Positions 27,161 through 38,227 of a DNA stretch of 56,194 nt are shown here, piece after piece. Within the stretch, counting starts at the first letter, position 1. Each line of letters opens with the position of its first letter. Origin of the DNA: an uncultured Bacilli bacterium. GTDB taxonomy: Bacteria; Bacillota_I; Bacilli_A; RF39; UBA660. The position numbers and the translations under genes were made by a program. The notes below the pieces were generated by a model. That model searched no databases, was not told the origin of the DNA, and saw nothing but the letters and a program-made list of their open reading frames with translations. The DNA lies in assembly GCA_947630495.1 (NCBI GenBank), contig CANRHS010000002.1:1-56194 (forward strand), in the 5' to 3' direction.

Positions 27161-28137
27161 AAAAAATATTAACAGGAGTACAACCAAGTGGAAATTTAAC
27201 TTTAGGAAATTATATAGGTGCAATTAGACAAATGGTAAAATTACAAGAAGAGTACGAATCAATTATTTTTGTTGCTGATTTACATGCAATTACGGTTCCT
27301 CAAGAGCCACACGAACTTCGAAAAAATATTAGAAGTTTAATAGCAATTTATTTAGCAGCAGGAATTGATCCAAAGAAAAACACCATCTTTATTCAATCTG
27401 AAAATATATATCACACGAATATGTCATGGTTACTAGAATGTCTTACTCCTTATGGAGAATTAGGAAGAATGACCCAGTTTAAAGATAAAAGTGCAAAACA
27501 TCAAAACTTTGGAGCAGGACTACTAACTTATCCTGTTTTAATGGCAAGTGATATTCTTTTATATGATGCTGATTATGTGCCAACAGGAATTGATCAAAAA
27601 CAACATGTTGAACTTGCAAGAAATATAGCCGAAAGAGTTAATAAAAAATATGGAGAGATCTTTAAAATACCTGAACCTTTAATACCAGAATCAGGTGCCA
27701 AAATATGTGATTTAGTAAATCCAACTAAGAAAATGAGTAAATCTGATGAAAACCCTAAGGGGGTAATTTATTTATTAGATACGGATGATACAATTAGAAA
27801 GAAAATCATGGGTGCAACAACGGACTCTGAAACTAGAATTAAATATGATTTAGAAAACAAACCAGGAATTAGTAACTTAATTAATATTTATAACTCTTTA
27901 TCTGGACTTAGTATTAAAGAAATCGAAGAAAAATATAAAGATTCCAACTATGGAACCTTTAAAAGTGATGTTGCTGATTTAGTAATAGCAACCTTAAAAC
28001 CTCTTAAAGAAAAATATCAAGAATTAATTGATAGCAAAGAAATAGATAAAATACTTGATGAAGGGGCTTTAAAAACAACGGAAATTGCTAAAAAGAAATA
28101 TCTATTATTAAAAGATAGAATGGGCTTAGGAAGATAA
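27157..28137 (+). CDS. trpS: tryptophan--tRNA ligase
   Basis: Class I motifs (GVQPSGNLTLGNYIG, KMSKS). The ATG overlaps the kinase stop (ATGA). The RBS AGGAGG lies inside the kinase gene. Confidence 0.95.
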   Translation: MKKILTGVQPSGNLTLGNYIGAIRQMVKLQEEYESIIFVADLHAITVPQEPHELRKNIRSLIAIYLAAGIDPKKNTIFIQSENIYHTNMSWLLECLTPYGELGRMTQFKDKSAKHQNFGAGLLTYPVLMASDILLYDADYVPTGIDQKQHVELARNIAERVNKKYGEIFKIPEPLIPESGAKICDLVNPTKKMSKSDENPKGVIYLLDTDDTIRKKIMGATTDSETRIKYDLENKPGISNLINIYNSLSGLSIKEIEEKYKDSNYGTFKSDVADLVIATLKPLKEKYQELIDSKEIDKILDEGALKTTEIAKKKYLLLKDRMGLGR

Positions 28138-28527
28138 TTATAAGGTAGGTTCTTCAATTTCTGAAACATCAAAGTTAACATTATTATAGTTATTAACAAT
28201 TATATAAACAATTATCGCGGATGCTATTAAAGCAAGCCAAGATGCGAGTATTTGTAAATTTGAATTTGGGTCACCATAAGAATTACTTACTTTTCTTCTT
28301 TCATAAGCATCATAGACAAAGTAAATACCTAAGATGACAACGACAATTCTATTAATTAAAGAAATATTAAGTGCGTCTTTATTAGAAAAAAGACCACTTT
28401 TATTTTCTCTTAGAAGTTTTTCATTATAGGCAATAATTACAGATACTATTAAAGTTAAAATAAACAAAATAATCCCAATTATCTGTCCATTTACAAGTTC
28501 AATTTGTTTTTCATTTTGATTACTCAT
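28138..28527 (-). CDS. small membrane protein
   Basis: Three or four hydrophobic helices. Abuts the trpS stop with zero spacer. Confidence 0.55.
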   Translation of the reverse strand: MSNQNEKQIELVNGQIIGIILFILTLIVSVIIAYNEKLLRENKSGLFSNKDALNISLINRIVVVILGIYFVYDAYERRKVSNSYGDPNSNLQILASWLALIASAIIVYIIVNNYNNVNFDVSEIEEPTL

Positions 28528-28544
28528 ACTTAATTATATAAGAA

Positions 28545-28571
28545 AAAATCTCAAATAATACTTGAGATTTT
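28545..28571 (-). terminator. hairpin after gene 28571-29479
   Basis: aaaatctcaa / ttgagatttt 10-bp stem with a T-run on the minus strand. Confidence 0.55.
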
Positions 28572-29479
28572 TAAGCTTCTTTTTCTTCTGGTTTCTTATT
28601 TTTTAAAACTGTATAAACTATTAAGGTTACTATCATTAATAAAGTGATTGTTCCTGATAGTATAAAACTAAAGTTGATAGGTTTATTAATTAAAACATTC
28701 ATGAATGGAATTTCCTTGACTTCTTCTACTAGAATATCACCAACAAACTTCAAGCCAAACGTTGTAAGTAAAGCGAATATTCCTGCAACTAAAACGGTAA
28801 TAGCAACAGTCTTAATCCATTTAGCTTTCTTAAACTTAAGTCCTAGTATTCCTAAAACAGATACTAGCATAGCAACTACAAGATAAATTATTAAATTATT
28901 TCCTAAGATAAATCTTATAAGTTCTAAACCTTCTTTTATTTCTTTAGCATCACTATCTTTGTCAAGAGTATCTTCAATTATACTAGTATCAGGAAGTAAA
29001 TCTTGATAATTATTAACTTGTTCTTCAACGGCTCCTAGAATCTTTGATTTCTCATCATCCTTAAACTTATAGAAACCACTTTCATCAATATCATCAAGAA
29101 CCGAACCTACTAAAGTACTAATATCATTAGTAGAAACAATTTTTTGATTTTCACCAGTTACAACATAATCAACTAAGTTACCAGCAATACCTCCAACCAA
29201 TCCTTTAACTTCTTTAGAATCAATTATTTTAACAACAACATCTTCATCTATTCCAAAATCTCTGGCTTGCTCGTAAAGAGGTTCAAACATTTCGTTTATA
29301 GCACTTTCTATCTCAGGACTCTCTTTAATCATTTTTGCAATATCTAAATTAGTAATCGTATTTTTTATTGTGTCTTTACTTAAAGTACTCTTAATTGGAA
29401 TTAAAATCAATAGTCCTAATGTTGAAAGAAAAAGAACAATTGTTAAAATAAAAACTCCTAAACCTTTTAAAAACTTCAT
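28571..29479 (-). CDS. membrane protein (N- and C-terminal TM helices, acidic middle domain)
   Basis: 302-aa ORF with hydrophobic termini. Confidence 0.6.
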   Translation of the reverse strand: MKFLKGLGVFILTIVLFLSTLGLLILIPIKSTLSKDTIKNTITNLDIAKMIKESPEIESAINEMFEPLYEQARDFGIDEDVVVKIIDSKEVKGLVGGIAGNLVDYVVTGENQKIVSTNDISTLVGSVLDDIDESGFYKFKDDEKSKILGAVEEQVNNYQDLLPDTSIIEDTLDKDSDAKEIKEGLELIRFILGNNLIIYLVVAMLVSVLGILGLKFKKAKWIKTVAITVLVAGIFALLTTFGLKFVGDILVEEVKEIPFMNVLINKPINFSFILSGTITLLMIVTLIVYTVLKNKKPEEKEA

Positions 29480-29662
29480 TTTCTCAACTCCTCGTATACA
29501 TATTATATCATGGTTTCGAAAAATGTCAAATTTTAGAAGCTAAGATTATATATATAATAGGTTAGGAGAGTTATAATATTAATAAAAGTTAATTTTTTCT
29601 AAAAAATGGCATATTATATATAGTTAATAGTGAAAAATTTTACAAAAAAATGCAAAAAAAGG

Positions 29663-29691
29663 TTGACAATAAAGTTCAACTATTGTATAGT
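29663..29691 (+). promoter_or_regulatory. str operon promoter
   Basis: TTGACA (29663-29668), 17-nt spacer, TG-extended TATAGT (29686-29691). The leader has a tgacaca/tgtgtca hairpin just before the RBS. Confidence 0.65.
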
Positions 29692-29783
29692 ATTCATGTT
29701 CGTGAAATTGGGCTTATTTTAATTGGGCTTTAATTTTAGATAGGAAAATGACACACCGGGGTATGTGTCAGAAAGGAGAAGAA

Positions 29784-30200
29784 ATGCCTACTATAAATCA
29801 GTTAGTTAGAAAAGGACGTAAGAAGAAGGTTAGAAAACCAAAGGCACCAGTGTTATTAGTTGGAGTAAATACTATTCAAAAGAAACAAACCAAAATTAAT
29901 GCTCCTCAAAAACGTGGTGTATGTGTACGTGTTGGAACTATGACTCCAAAGAAACCCAACTCAGCACTTCGTAAGTTTGCAAGGGTTAGACTTTCAAATG
30001 GAATGGAAGTTACTTGTTATATTCCTGGAGAAGGACATAATTTACAAGAGCATAGTGTTGTTCTAATTCGTGGTGGTCGTGTACCAGATTTAATCGGTGT
30101 GCGTTATCATATTATAAGAGGAACATTAGATACTGCTGGAGTTAAGGATAGAAAACAAGGTCGTAGTAAATACGGAGCAAAACGCGAAAAGAAAAAATAA
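29784..30200 (+). CDS. rpsL: 30S ribosomal protein S12
   Basis: [12 protein letters not shown]..., [13 protein letters not shown] 29784 follows AAAGGAG (the ORF track begins upstream at 29748). Confidence 0.96.
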   Translation: MPTINQLVRKGRKKKVRKPKAPVLLVGVNTIQKKQTKINAPQKRGVCVRVGTMTPKKPNSALRKFARVRLSNGMEVTCYIPGEGHNLQEHSVVLIRGGRVPDLIGVRYHIIRGTLDTAGVKDRKQGRSKYGAKREKKK

Positions 30201-30227
30201 TAATTAATAAGTTAAACGCTTATATGA

Positions 30228-30710
<483 letters not shown>

Positions 30711-30727
30711 AAAGGAAGAAATAGTTT

Positions 30728-32797
30728 ATGGCTCGTGAAACATCATTATTGATGACAAGAAACTTTGGAATTATGGCACATATCGATGCAGGTAAAACTA
30801 CTTGTACTGAACGTGTATTATTCCATACAAAGAAAATCCATAAAATTGGTGAAACTCACGATGGTGAATCCCAAATGGACTGGATGGAGCAAGAACAAGA
30901 AAGAGGTATTACTATTACAAGTGCAGCAACAACTGCTTATTGGAAAAAATATCGTCTTAATATAATTGATACTCCAGGACACGTAGATTTCACTGTTGAA
31001 GTTAGTCGTAGTTTAAGGGTTTTAGATGGGGCTGTTGCCTTACTAGATGCTCAAGCAGGAGTTGAACCTCAAACTGAAACTGTTTGGAGACAAGCAACTG
31101 AGTTTATGGTTCCAAGACTAATATTTGCTAATAAAATGGATAAGATGGGGGCAGATTTTAATTATAGTTTAAAATCAATTGATCAAAGATTAGGGGTAAA
31201 TGCTAAACCTATTGAATGGCCAATTGGTTCCGAATCAGAATTCAGAGGTGTAATTGATCTTGTTACAATGAAAGCCTATGAATATGATGGAAAGCAAGAA
31301 GAAGAAGCTAAAGAAATCGAAATTCCTGCTGACTTAGTTGATATTGCTAATGAAAAGCGAGAAGAGTTGATTGAAGCAGTTGCTGAATTTGATGATGATA
31401 TGATGATGACTTACCTTGATGGTGGAGAAATCACCGTTGAAATGATTAAAAAAGCAATTCGTAAAGGAACTCTTGAAGTTAAATTCTTCCCAGTATTATG
31501 TGGAACCGCTTTAGGAAATATGGGAATTAAATTATTACTTGATGCTGTTATTGATTACTTACCATCTCCACTTGATATACCTTCTATTAAAGGTGTAGAT
31601 TTAAATGGAAATGAAGCAGTTAGACACCCAAGTGATGATGAACCATTTAGTGCTTTAGCCTTCAAAGTTATGACAGACCCATTTGTTGGAAGATTAACTT
31701 TCTTTAGAGTTTACTCAGGACACTTAGCAAGTGGTTCATATGTTTTAAACTCAACTAAGGATAGCAAAGAAAGAATTGGACGTATTCTTCAAATGCATGC
31801 TAACCATAGAACTGAAATATCTGATGTTTATACAGGTGATATTGCAGCTGCTGTTGGATTAAAGAATACAACAACTGGTGATACCTTATGTGATGAAAAG
31901 AAACCAGTAATTCTAGAACAAATGGAATTCCCTGAACCAGTTATAGAACTTGCTGTTGAACCAAAATCAAAGGCAGACCAAGAAAAAATGGGAATTGCTT
32001 TACAAAAACTTGCTGAAGAAGATCCAACATTCAAAGTTCATACAAACCAAGAAACAGGTCAAACTGTTATTGCTGGTATGGGTGAATTACACTTAGACGT
32101 GTTAGTTGATAGAATGAAGAGAGAATTCTCAGTTGAGGCTAATATTGGTAAGCCACAAGTTGCTTATCGTGAAACAATTAAACAATCTGGTGAATGTGAA
32201 GGTAAATACATTAAACAATCAGGTGGTCGTGGACAATATGGACATGTTTGGATTCGTTTTGAACCAAATCCAGACAAAGGTTATGAGTTCGTTGATGAGA
32301 TTGTTGGAGGTGTTGTACCAAGAGAATACATTCCAGTTGTTGATAAAGGTTTACAAGAAGCACTTCAATCAGGAGTTCTTGCAGGATATCCGATGATTGA
32401 TGTGAAAGCAACTCTATTTGATGGTTCTTACCATGAAGTTGACTCTAACGAAATGGCTTTCAAAATTGCTGCTAGCTTTGCTTTAAAAGAAGCTAAGAAT
32501 AAATGTAAACCAGTTCTTCTAGAACCTATTATGAAAGTTGATGTTACAGTACCAGATGAATATTTTGGAAATGTAATGGGAGACCTTACTAGTAGAAGAG
32601 GAAGACCACTTGGCCAAGAAAATGTTGGTAATGCAATTAAACTAAGTGCAATGGTACCACTTTCTGAAATGTTTGGATATGCAACAAGTCTAAGATCAAA
32701 CACTCAAGGTCGTGGAAACTTCGTTATGCAATTTGACCATTATGAAGAAGTACCAACTAACATTGCTGCTGAGATAATTAAAAAAAGTGGAAACTAA
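30728..32797 (+). CDS. fusA: elongation factor G
   Basis: G domain [21 protein letters not shown]. 689 aa. Confidence 0.97.
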   Translation: MARETSLLMTRNFGIMAHIDAGKTTCTERVLFHTKKIHKIGETHDGESQMDWMEQEQERGITITSAATTAYWKKYRLNIIDTPGHVDFTVEVSRSLRVLDGAVALLDAQAGVEPQTETVWRQATEFMVPRLIFANKMDKMGADFNYSLKSIDQRLGVNAKPIEWPIGSESEFRGVIDLVTMKAYEYDGKQEEEAKEIEIPADLVDIANEKREELIEAVAEFDDDMMMTYLDGGEITVEMIKKAIRKGTLEVKFFPVLCGTALGNMGIKLLLDAVIDYLPSPLDIPSIKGVDLNGNEAVRHPSDDEPFSALAFKVMTDPFVGRLTFFRVYSGHLASGSYVLNSTKDSKERIGRILQMHANHRTEISDVYTGDIAAAVGLKNTTTGDTLCDEKKPVILEQMEFPEPVIELAVEPKSKADQEKMGIALQKLAEEDPTFKVHTNQETGQTVIAGMGELHLDVLVDRMKREFSVEANIGKPQVAYRETIKQSGECEGKYIKQSGGRGQYGHVWIRFEPNPDKGYEFVDEIVGGVVPREYIPVVDKGLQEALQSGVLAGYPMIDVKATLFDGSYHEVDSNEMAFKIAASFALKEAKNKCKPVLLEPIMKVDVTVPDEYFGNVMGDLTSRRGRPLGQENVGNAIKLSAMVPLSEMFGYATSLRSNTQGRGNFVMQFDHYEEVPTNIAAEIIKKSGN

Positions 32798-32931
32798 TTA
32801 AAACCACGTAAAAAAATAGTAAAATTTATAAAAAATTTGCAATATATTAAAAAAAATATTAAAAAAGTGTTGTATTTTATTTAAAACTTAGGTAAAATAT
32901 AATAGTATTATGAAAGAGGAGGAAATTTAAT

Positions 32932-34116
32932 ATGGCAAAAGAAAAATTTAACCGTAGTAAACCACATGTTAATGTTGGAACAATTGGACACGTTGACCAT
33001 GGTAAAACTACATTAACTGCTGCTATTACTAAAGTTTTAGCAGAAGAATTTGGTGGAGAAGCTGTTGATTATGCTAATATCGACAAGGCTCCAGAAGAAA
33101 GAGCAAGAGGAATTACAATCAATACTGCACACGTTGAGTATGAAACTGCAAAACGTCACTATGCTCACGTAGACTGTCCAGGACATGCTGATTATGTTAA
33201 AAACATGATTACAGGTGCTGCTCAAATGGATGGTGCAATCTTAGTTATTGCTGCAACTGATGGACCAATGGCTCAAACTCGTGAACATATCTTACTTGCA
33301 CGTCAAGTTGGTGTACCAAAAATGGTAGTATTCATGAACAAGTGTGATATGGTTGACGATGAAGAATTACTAGAATTAGTAGAAATGGAAATTCGTGATT
33401 TATTAAATGAATACGAATTTGATGGAGACAATACTCCAATCATCCGTGGTTCTGCATTAAAGGCTCTTGAAGGAGATCCTAAGTATGTTGAATCAATTAA
33501 AGAATTAATGAACGCTGTTGATGAATGGATCCCAACTCCAGAACGTGATACAGACAAACCATTCTTAATGAGTATTGAAGATGTATTCACAATCACTGGA
33601 CGTGGAACTGTTGTTACAGGACGTGTTGAAAGAGGTCGTCTAAACTTAAATGACGAAGTTGAAATCGTTGGTATCAAACCTACTCAAAAGACTGTTGTTA
33701 CAGGAATTGAGATGTTTAGAAAACAATTAGACTATGCTGAAGCAGGAGACAATGCCGGAGTATTACTTCGTGGTATTGCAAGAGAAGCAGTTGAACGTGG
33801 ACAAGTTTTAGCTAAACCAGGTTCAGTTACACCTCATACTAAGTTTGAAGCAGAAGTTTATGTTCTTACTAAAGAAGAAGGAGGACGTCATACTGCATTC
33901 TTTGCAAACTATCGTCCACAATTCTATTTCCGTACAACTGATGTAACTGGTGTTATTGAGTTACCTCAAGGTACAGAAATGGTTATGCCAGGTGATAATG
34001 TAACTATTACAGTTGAATTAATTCACCCAATCGCTCTTGAACAAGGTACTAAATTCTCTATCCGTGAAGGTGGAAGAACTGTTGGTGCTGGTTCAGTAAG
34101 TAAGATTGATAAATAG
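32932..34116 (+). CDS. tuf: elongation factor Tu
   Basis: [21 protein letters not shown]. 394 aa. Confidence 0.97.
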   Translation: MAKEKFNRSKPHVNVGTIGHVDHGKTTLTAAITKVLAEEFGGEAVDYANIDKAPEERARGITINTAHVEYETAKRHYAHVDCPGHADYVKNMITGAAQMDGAILVIAATDGPMAQTREHILLARQVGVPKMVVFMNKCDMVDDEELLELVEMEIRDLLNEYEFDGDNTPIIRGSALKALEGDPKYVESIKELMNAVDEWIPTPERDTDKPFLMSIEDVFTITGRGTVVTGRVERGRLNLNDEVEIVGIKPTQKTVVTGIEMFRKQLDYAEAGDNAGVLLRGIAREAVERGQVLAKPGSVTPHTKFEAEVYVLTKEEGGRHTAFFANYRPQFYFRTTDVTGVIELPQGTEMVMPGDNVTITVELIHPIALEQGTKFSIREGGRTVGAGSVSKIDK

Positions 34117-34125
34117 TTTGAAATT

Positions 34126-34153
34126 AAGTCAAGTTTAATCTTGGCTTTTTCTT
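34126..34153 (+). terminator. intrinsic terminator after tuf
   Basis: aagtcaag-tttaat-cttggctt hairpin (one G-U pair) plus a T-run. Confidence 0.6.
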
Positions 34154-34236
34154 TACGTCAAGTTTGAATAAATTATCTATAAAAACTTGCAAAATAAAGA
34201 AAAAGATGTTAAAGTTTAATTAAGGAAGGTGAAATA

Positions 34237-34521
34237 ATGAATAATTTTAATTTAGCAGAAGAGATGGTAATTGCTAATATGATTAATGGATTAAATAGTC
34301 CTATAATAAGAGGAGAATTAAGCGATAATCAAGTAGTGGAAATTAGACGGACAATATGTAAACACATTTATGAAAGTAATCTCAAGATGAAATCTCCTAT
34401 TAGTAACAATATAGCGGCCACTCCAACTACTGAAGATAGAAGAAAACTAACTCCAGCAGATGAGGCAGCAGCAAGACTTTGGGGCGAAGAACCAGATAAT
34501 TCATATACGCCACATTTATAA
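34237..34521 (+). CDS. small hypothetical protein
   Basis: 94-aa ORF with an aaggaaggtg RBS. Confidence 0.5.
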   Translation: MNNFNLAEEMVIANMINGLNSPIIRGELSDNQVVEIRRTICKHIYESNLKMKSPISNNIAATPTTEDRRKLTPADEAAARLWGEEPDNSYTPHL

Positions 34522-34541
34522 CGTGTAAATGATGTGTAAAT

Positions 34542-34567
34542 AGACACTATTTAACTAGTGTCTTTTA
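34542..34567 (+). terminator. intrinsic terminator
   Basis: agacacta-tttaac-tagtgtct 8-bp stem plus tttt. Confidence 0.6.
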
Positions 34568-34741
34568 AATTTCAGAAATTTCGGATGAAAAAAATTTTTT
34601 CAATTTTTACTTGATACAAAAATTTAATTTTGTGACAGAGATATATCTTTTTTAGAGTAAATTTCTCATTTTGTTCCCTAATAGCAGAGCAATTTTTCAA
34701 TTTTCCCCCATAGTAACACCCAATTTGTTGATTTACTAAAG

Positions 34742-34792
34742 TTGACATATTTTGGAATGCGTGTTATAGTGGTAATCGTTAACCGGTTAACG
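34742..34792 (+). promoter_or_regulatory. promoter with a 16-bp perfect palindrome at the transcript start
   Basis: TTGACA (34742-34747), 17-nt spacer, TG-extended TATAGT (34765-34770), then CGTTAACCGGTTAACG (34777-34792). Confidence 0.55.
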
Positions 34793-34816
34793 CCAAATTT
34801 TAGAGAAAGGAGAATT

Positions 34817-35692
34817 ATGTTAGATAAAGATTTTATTGTGCCAATTATAACAAGACGCAACTTTAGCCGAGTTATATGTAACAAGGATAATTTAGAACTT
34901 ATGATGCTTATAGTTTCTAAATTTACTAGTTTAGATTATGATAAGGTTAAAGAAATGCTTGAATATTATAAGCATGAAAAAGGATATCTTGATATCAAAG
35001 ATTATATTGATGATAAAATAACTATTATTACTTATGATAGTAATCGTTTAAAAATTCAATTTTATCCATGGTTATTTACATCTCTTAAATATATTTTAAA
35101 AGAGCAGCTAAATGTTTATAGTGATTATTACTTTAGAAATGTAGACATTAATGCTAGTATAAATTTAAATTTTGATCCTTTTTATGTCAATGACAAAAGA
35201 AAGAAAGCAATTGATGCAGTAGGAATTAGTATGGAAATAGAAGATTATAAATTAGAGAATGTTGCTCCTTATAATATATTTATAAATTTCATTGAGTGCT
35301 ATAGGCTATGGATTACTAAAGAATATTTAAGTAATAAATATAATTGGCGTGAAAAAGAATTAATAATTTTAATTGCAATGCTAACAACAAATAGTTTTAA
35401 AGAATTTAAAGAATGTTTAAATGATATTTACTTAGATTCTTCAATAAAAGAAAAAATAATAAACTATATTGTTGAAATTAATAAAGATAAGGATAATCTA
35501 GAAAAATATTCTAAAGAATGTAAAGAAGATTTAGATTATGAACATCTTATTAATTTATGTCGAGATAATCAAGAAGAAGAATTAGATAGAATTACTCATG
35601 AAGAGAGAACTAAACGAATGCCTTCTGAAGTTCCAAATGGGACAGATTATTATACAGGGAATTTTAAATTAGTAGAGAGAGAAGAAAAATAA
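34817..35692 (+). CDS. hypothetical protein
   Basis: ATG 34817 follows AAAGGAG. The ORF-track start at 34742 lies inside the promoter. Confidence 0.55.
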   Translation: MLDKDFIVPIITRRNFSRVICNKDNLELMMLIVSKFTSLDYDKVKEMLEYYKHEKGYLDIKDYIDDKITIITYDSNRLKIQFYPWLFTSLKYILKEQLNVYSDYYFRNVDINASINLNFDPFYVNDKRKKAIDAVGISMEIEDYKLENVAPYNIFINFIECYRLWITKEYLSNKYNWREKELIILIAMLTTNSFKEFKECLNDIYLDSSIKEKIINYIVEINKDKDNLEKYSKECKEDLDYEHLINLCRDNQEEELDRITHEERTKRMPSEVPNGTDYYTGNFKLVEREEK

Positions 35693-35781
35693 AAAGTGGC
35701 TTAAATGCTATAAATTAGATCTCTTGCATATTCAAAAAATATGTGCTATAATTTTTGTATAAAGTAAGAAGGTTTGATGAT

Positions 35782-36981
35782 ATGAAAATAAAAAATTTAA
35801 TTTTAATTAGTTTAATCTTATTTCTTGTTGTTCCCTTTAATGCTAATGCAAGAACACTTAGAGACTTTAGAAATGAACTTGCATCTTTAGAAAAGAAAAA
35901 AGCCGATCAAGATGCTGGCAAGGCTTTAAAACAACAAGAAATAAATGATGTAAATCATAAGATTGAAGAAACTACAAATACTATCAAAGAACATGAGGCA
36001 ACAATTGCTAATTTAACCAAAGAAATAGAAATTCTAAATGACCAAGCTAAAGAAAGAGAACTTGAAATTAAAGAAGTTTTACATTTCTTACAAATAGCCG
36101 ATGGAGAAAATGCTTATTTAGAGTATATCTTTGGTGCTAAAGATATAACTGATTTTATTTATCGTAGTGCAGTTAGTGGTCAATTAGTATCTTATAACGA
36201 CAAACTAATTGATGAATACAATGCAACTATCAAGAAAAACGAACAAAAACAAAAAGATTTAAAAGCTGAGATGGTTAGTCTTGATAAAAAACAACAAGAA
36301 CTTGAAGTAAGTTTAACCTCACTTGGAAAAGAATTAAATTCGATGTTAGATGTTTCAATGACTATTGATGAAGAGATAGCAGCAGCTAAAAAGAATATTA
36401 AAATGTATGAAGATTTAGGCTGTAAAGATGATGAAGATATAAATACTTGTACAAGTAAAGTCCCATACTCTGGAAACTTTGTAAGACCTCTTACGAGTGG
36501 AAGAATTACAAGTGTCTATGGTTGGCGTTGTTATACCAGAAATAATGGCCAATATTACTGTGGATATCATAATGGCATAGATCTTGCAGGAGGAAACACC
36601 AATGTTTATGCTGCAGCTCCTGGTACTGTTGGGGCTATCCATTGGCAACAAAGTTGCGGTGGTAATATGATTTTCATCCATCACAATGTAGGAGGAAATT
36701 ACTATACAACAGCCTATTTCCATACTAAAAATATTCGAGTTAAAGTAGGAGACTATGTTGATCAAAATACCATAATAGCAACGATGGGTGGAGATTCCTC
36801 TACTTGGTGGTATGATAAATGTACAACTGGCCAACACTTACACTTCGCGGTTGCAAGAGGTTTATATATGAAAGATTATACAAGTTTCTCAACCTATGAG
36901 TCCCGAAACATCAATCCAACCTCAGTTGTAAATTTCCCTTCCCCTGGTGTATGGTTTGCTAATCGAGTTCAAAGATATTAA
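35782..36981 (+). CDS. M23 family peptidase with N-terminal coiled coil (EnvC-like)
   Basis: Signal/TM segment, long coiled coil, then YHNGIDLA (HxxxD) and GQHLHFAV (HxH). Confidence 0.88.
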   Translation: MKIKNLILISLILFLVVPFNANARTLRDFRNELASLEKKKADQDAGKALKQQEINDVNHKIEETTNTIKEHEATIANLTKEIEILNDQAKERELEIKEVLHFLQIADGENAYLEYIFGAKDITDFIYRSAVSGQLVSYNDKLIDEYNATIKKNEQKQKDLKAEMVSLDKKQQELEVSLTSLGKELNSMLDVSMTIDEEIAAAKKNIKMYEDLGCKDDEDINTCTSKVPYSGNFVRPLTSGRITSVYGWRCYTRNNGQYYCGYHNGIDLAGGNTNVYAAAPGTVGAIHWQQSCGGNMIFIHHNVGGNYYTTAYFHTKNIRVKVGDYVDQNTIIATMGGDSSTWWYDKCTTGQHLHFAVARGLYMKDYTSFSTYESRNINPTSVVNFPSPGVWFANRVQRY

Positions 36982-36985
36982 AATA

Positions 36986-37013
36986 AAAAGTGTCGTTTTT
37001 TCGACATTTTTTT
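36986..37013 (+). terminator. intrinsic terminator
   Basis: aaaagtgtcg-tttttt-cgacatttt hairpin plus a T-run. Confidence 0.6.
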
Positions 37014-37048
37014 ACAAACAAAGTATATATAATTTATTCGTGATTAAT

Positions 37049-37219
37049 ATGAAAGTTAAAATATTTGATGAAGAACATGAAAGTGATTTAGAAAAAAGTA
37101 TCAATGACTTTTTAGCTAAAGAAGAGGTTGATGTAATTGATATTAAATTGCAAACAGCAATTGCTGTATCCGGAGAAGAACAAATTTATTGCTTTACAGC
37201 TATGATTATTTATACTTAA
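37049..37219 (+). CDS. Cse60-like small protein
   Basis: MKVKIFDEEHE...VIDIKLQ...EEQIYCFTAMIIY matches my recollection of the Cse60/YteV family pattern. Confidence 0.55.
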   Translation: MKVKIFDEEHESDLEKSINDFLAKEEVDVIDIKLQTAIAVSGEEQIYCFTAMIIYT

Positions 37220-37455
37220 AGCATGTACATATTGTCATTATCATCATTCATAGAATTACTTTTTAAAAAAGTTGGATTACCTCCTTCTAAGCGGTTTACT
37301 TTATTTTCTAACATCCTAACTTGTCTTTCTAATCTATTAAGACGATTGTTAAGTCTTTCAAACATTATTTCATTATAATTATTACCACCATATCCAAAGT
37401 TTTGATTTCCGTTATTAGGTGTAAAATCTCCATAATATGGCATTTGATTATTCAT
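37216..37455 (-). CDS. small N/G-rich coiled-coil hypothetical protein
   Basis: 79-aa ORF with an RBS-like aggtga. Convergent with the Cse60-like gene, with a 4-nt overlap. Confidence 0.45.
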   Translation of the reverse strand: MNNQMPYYGDFTPNNGNQNFGYGGNNYNEIMFERLNNRLNRLERQVRMLENKVNRLEGGNPTFLKSNSMNDDNDNMYML

Positions 37456-37534
37456 AAAAATTCACCTCTAAATTATTATATGTACTTTTTTAAATTTTGT
37501 TTTTAATGTATAATAGAAATGTAGGTGAATTAAT

Positions 37535-38170
37535 GTGAGACAAAGAAATGTTAAAAATAAAAAAGAAATAATTGAAAACTCCAAATACTTTATAGATAAT
37601 CCTAATGATTATAAAGGAGTTTGGAAATATTTATTTCAAAATGATAATCCTATTCATATAGAAATTGGAATGGGGAAAGGGCAATTTATAATTGAAAATG
37701 CCCTTAAATATAAAGATATTAATTTTATAGGAATAGAAAAGTTTGATAGTATTTTAGCACTTGCTTTAAAAAAAGTTCCTGATAATTTAGAAAATTTAAA
37801 GATGATTAGACTAGATGCTATTAATATTGAAGATGTATTTGAAAAAGAAATTACAACAATTTATTTAAACTTCTCTGATCCTTGGCCTAAGGCTAGACAT
37901 GAAAAAAGAAGATTAACAAGTCCTAATTTCTTAGAAAAGTATGAAAAAATCTTTGCATGTAATAACCATATCATTATGAAAACAGATAATAAAGACTTAT
38001 TTGCTTATAGTATTAAGTCTTTAAATAACTATGGTTACATGATTCAAGATATAACTTTTGACCTTGAAGCAAGGGGAGACTCTGATAATATCAAGAGTGA
38101 ATATGAAGAGAAATTTACAAAACTTAACAATCCTATTTATAAAATTGAGGTAAATAAGCAGAAAAATTAA
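37535..38170 (+). CDS. trmB: tRNA (guanine46-N7)-methyltransferase
   Basis: EIGMGKGQF SAM motif and FSDPWPKARHEKRRL. GTG start after taggtga. Confidence 0.92.
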   Translation: MRQRNVKNKKEIIENSKYFIDNPNDYKGVWKYLFQNDNPIHIEIGMGKGQFIIENALKYKDINFIGIEKFDSILALALKKVPDNLENLKMIRLDAINIEDVFEKEITTIYLNFSDPWPKARHEKRRLTSPNFLEKYEKIFACNNHIIMKTDNKDLFAYSIKSLNNYGYMIQDITFDLEARGDSDNIKSEYEEKFTKLNNPIYKIEVNKQKN

Positions 38171-38227
38171 AAAAGGGGTATATATTTATTAAAAAATTTG
38201 GTATAATGAAAAAAGAGTAGGTGGAAT

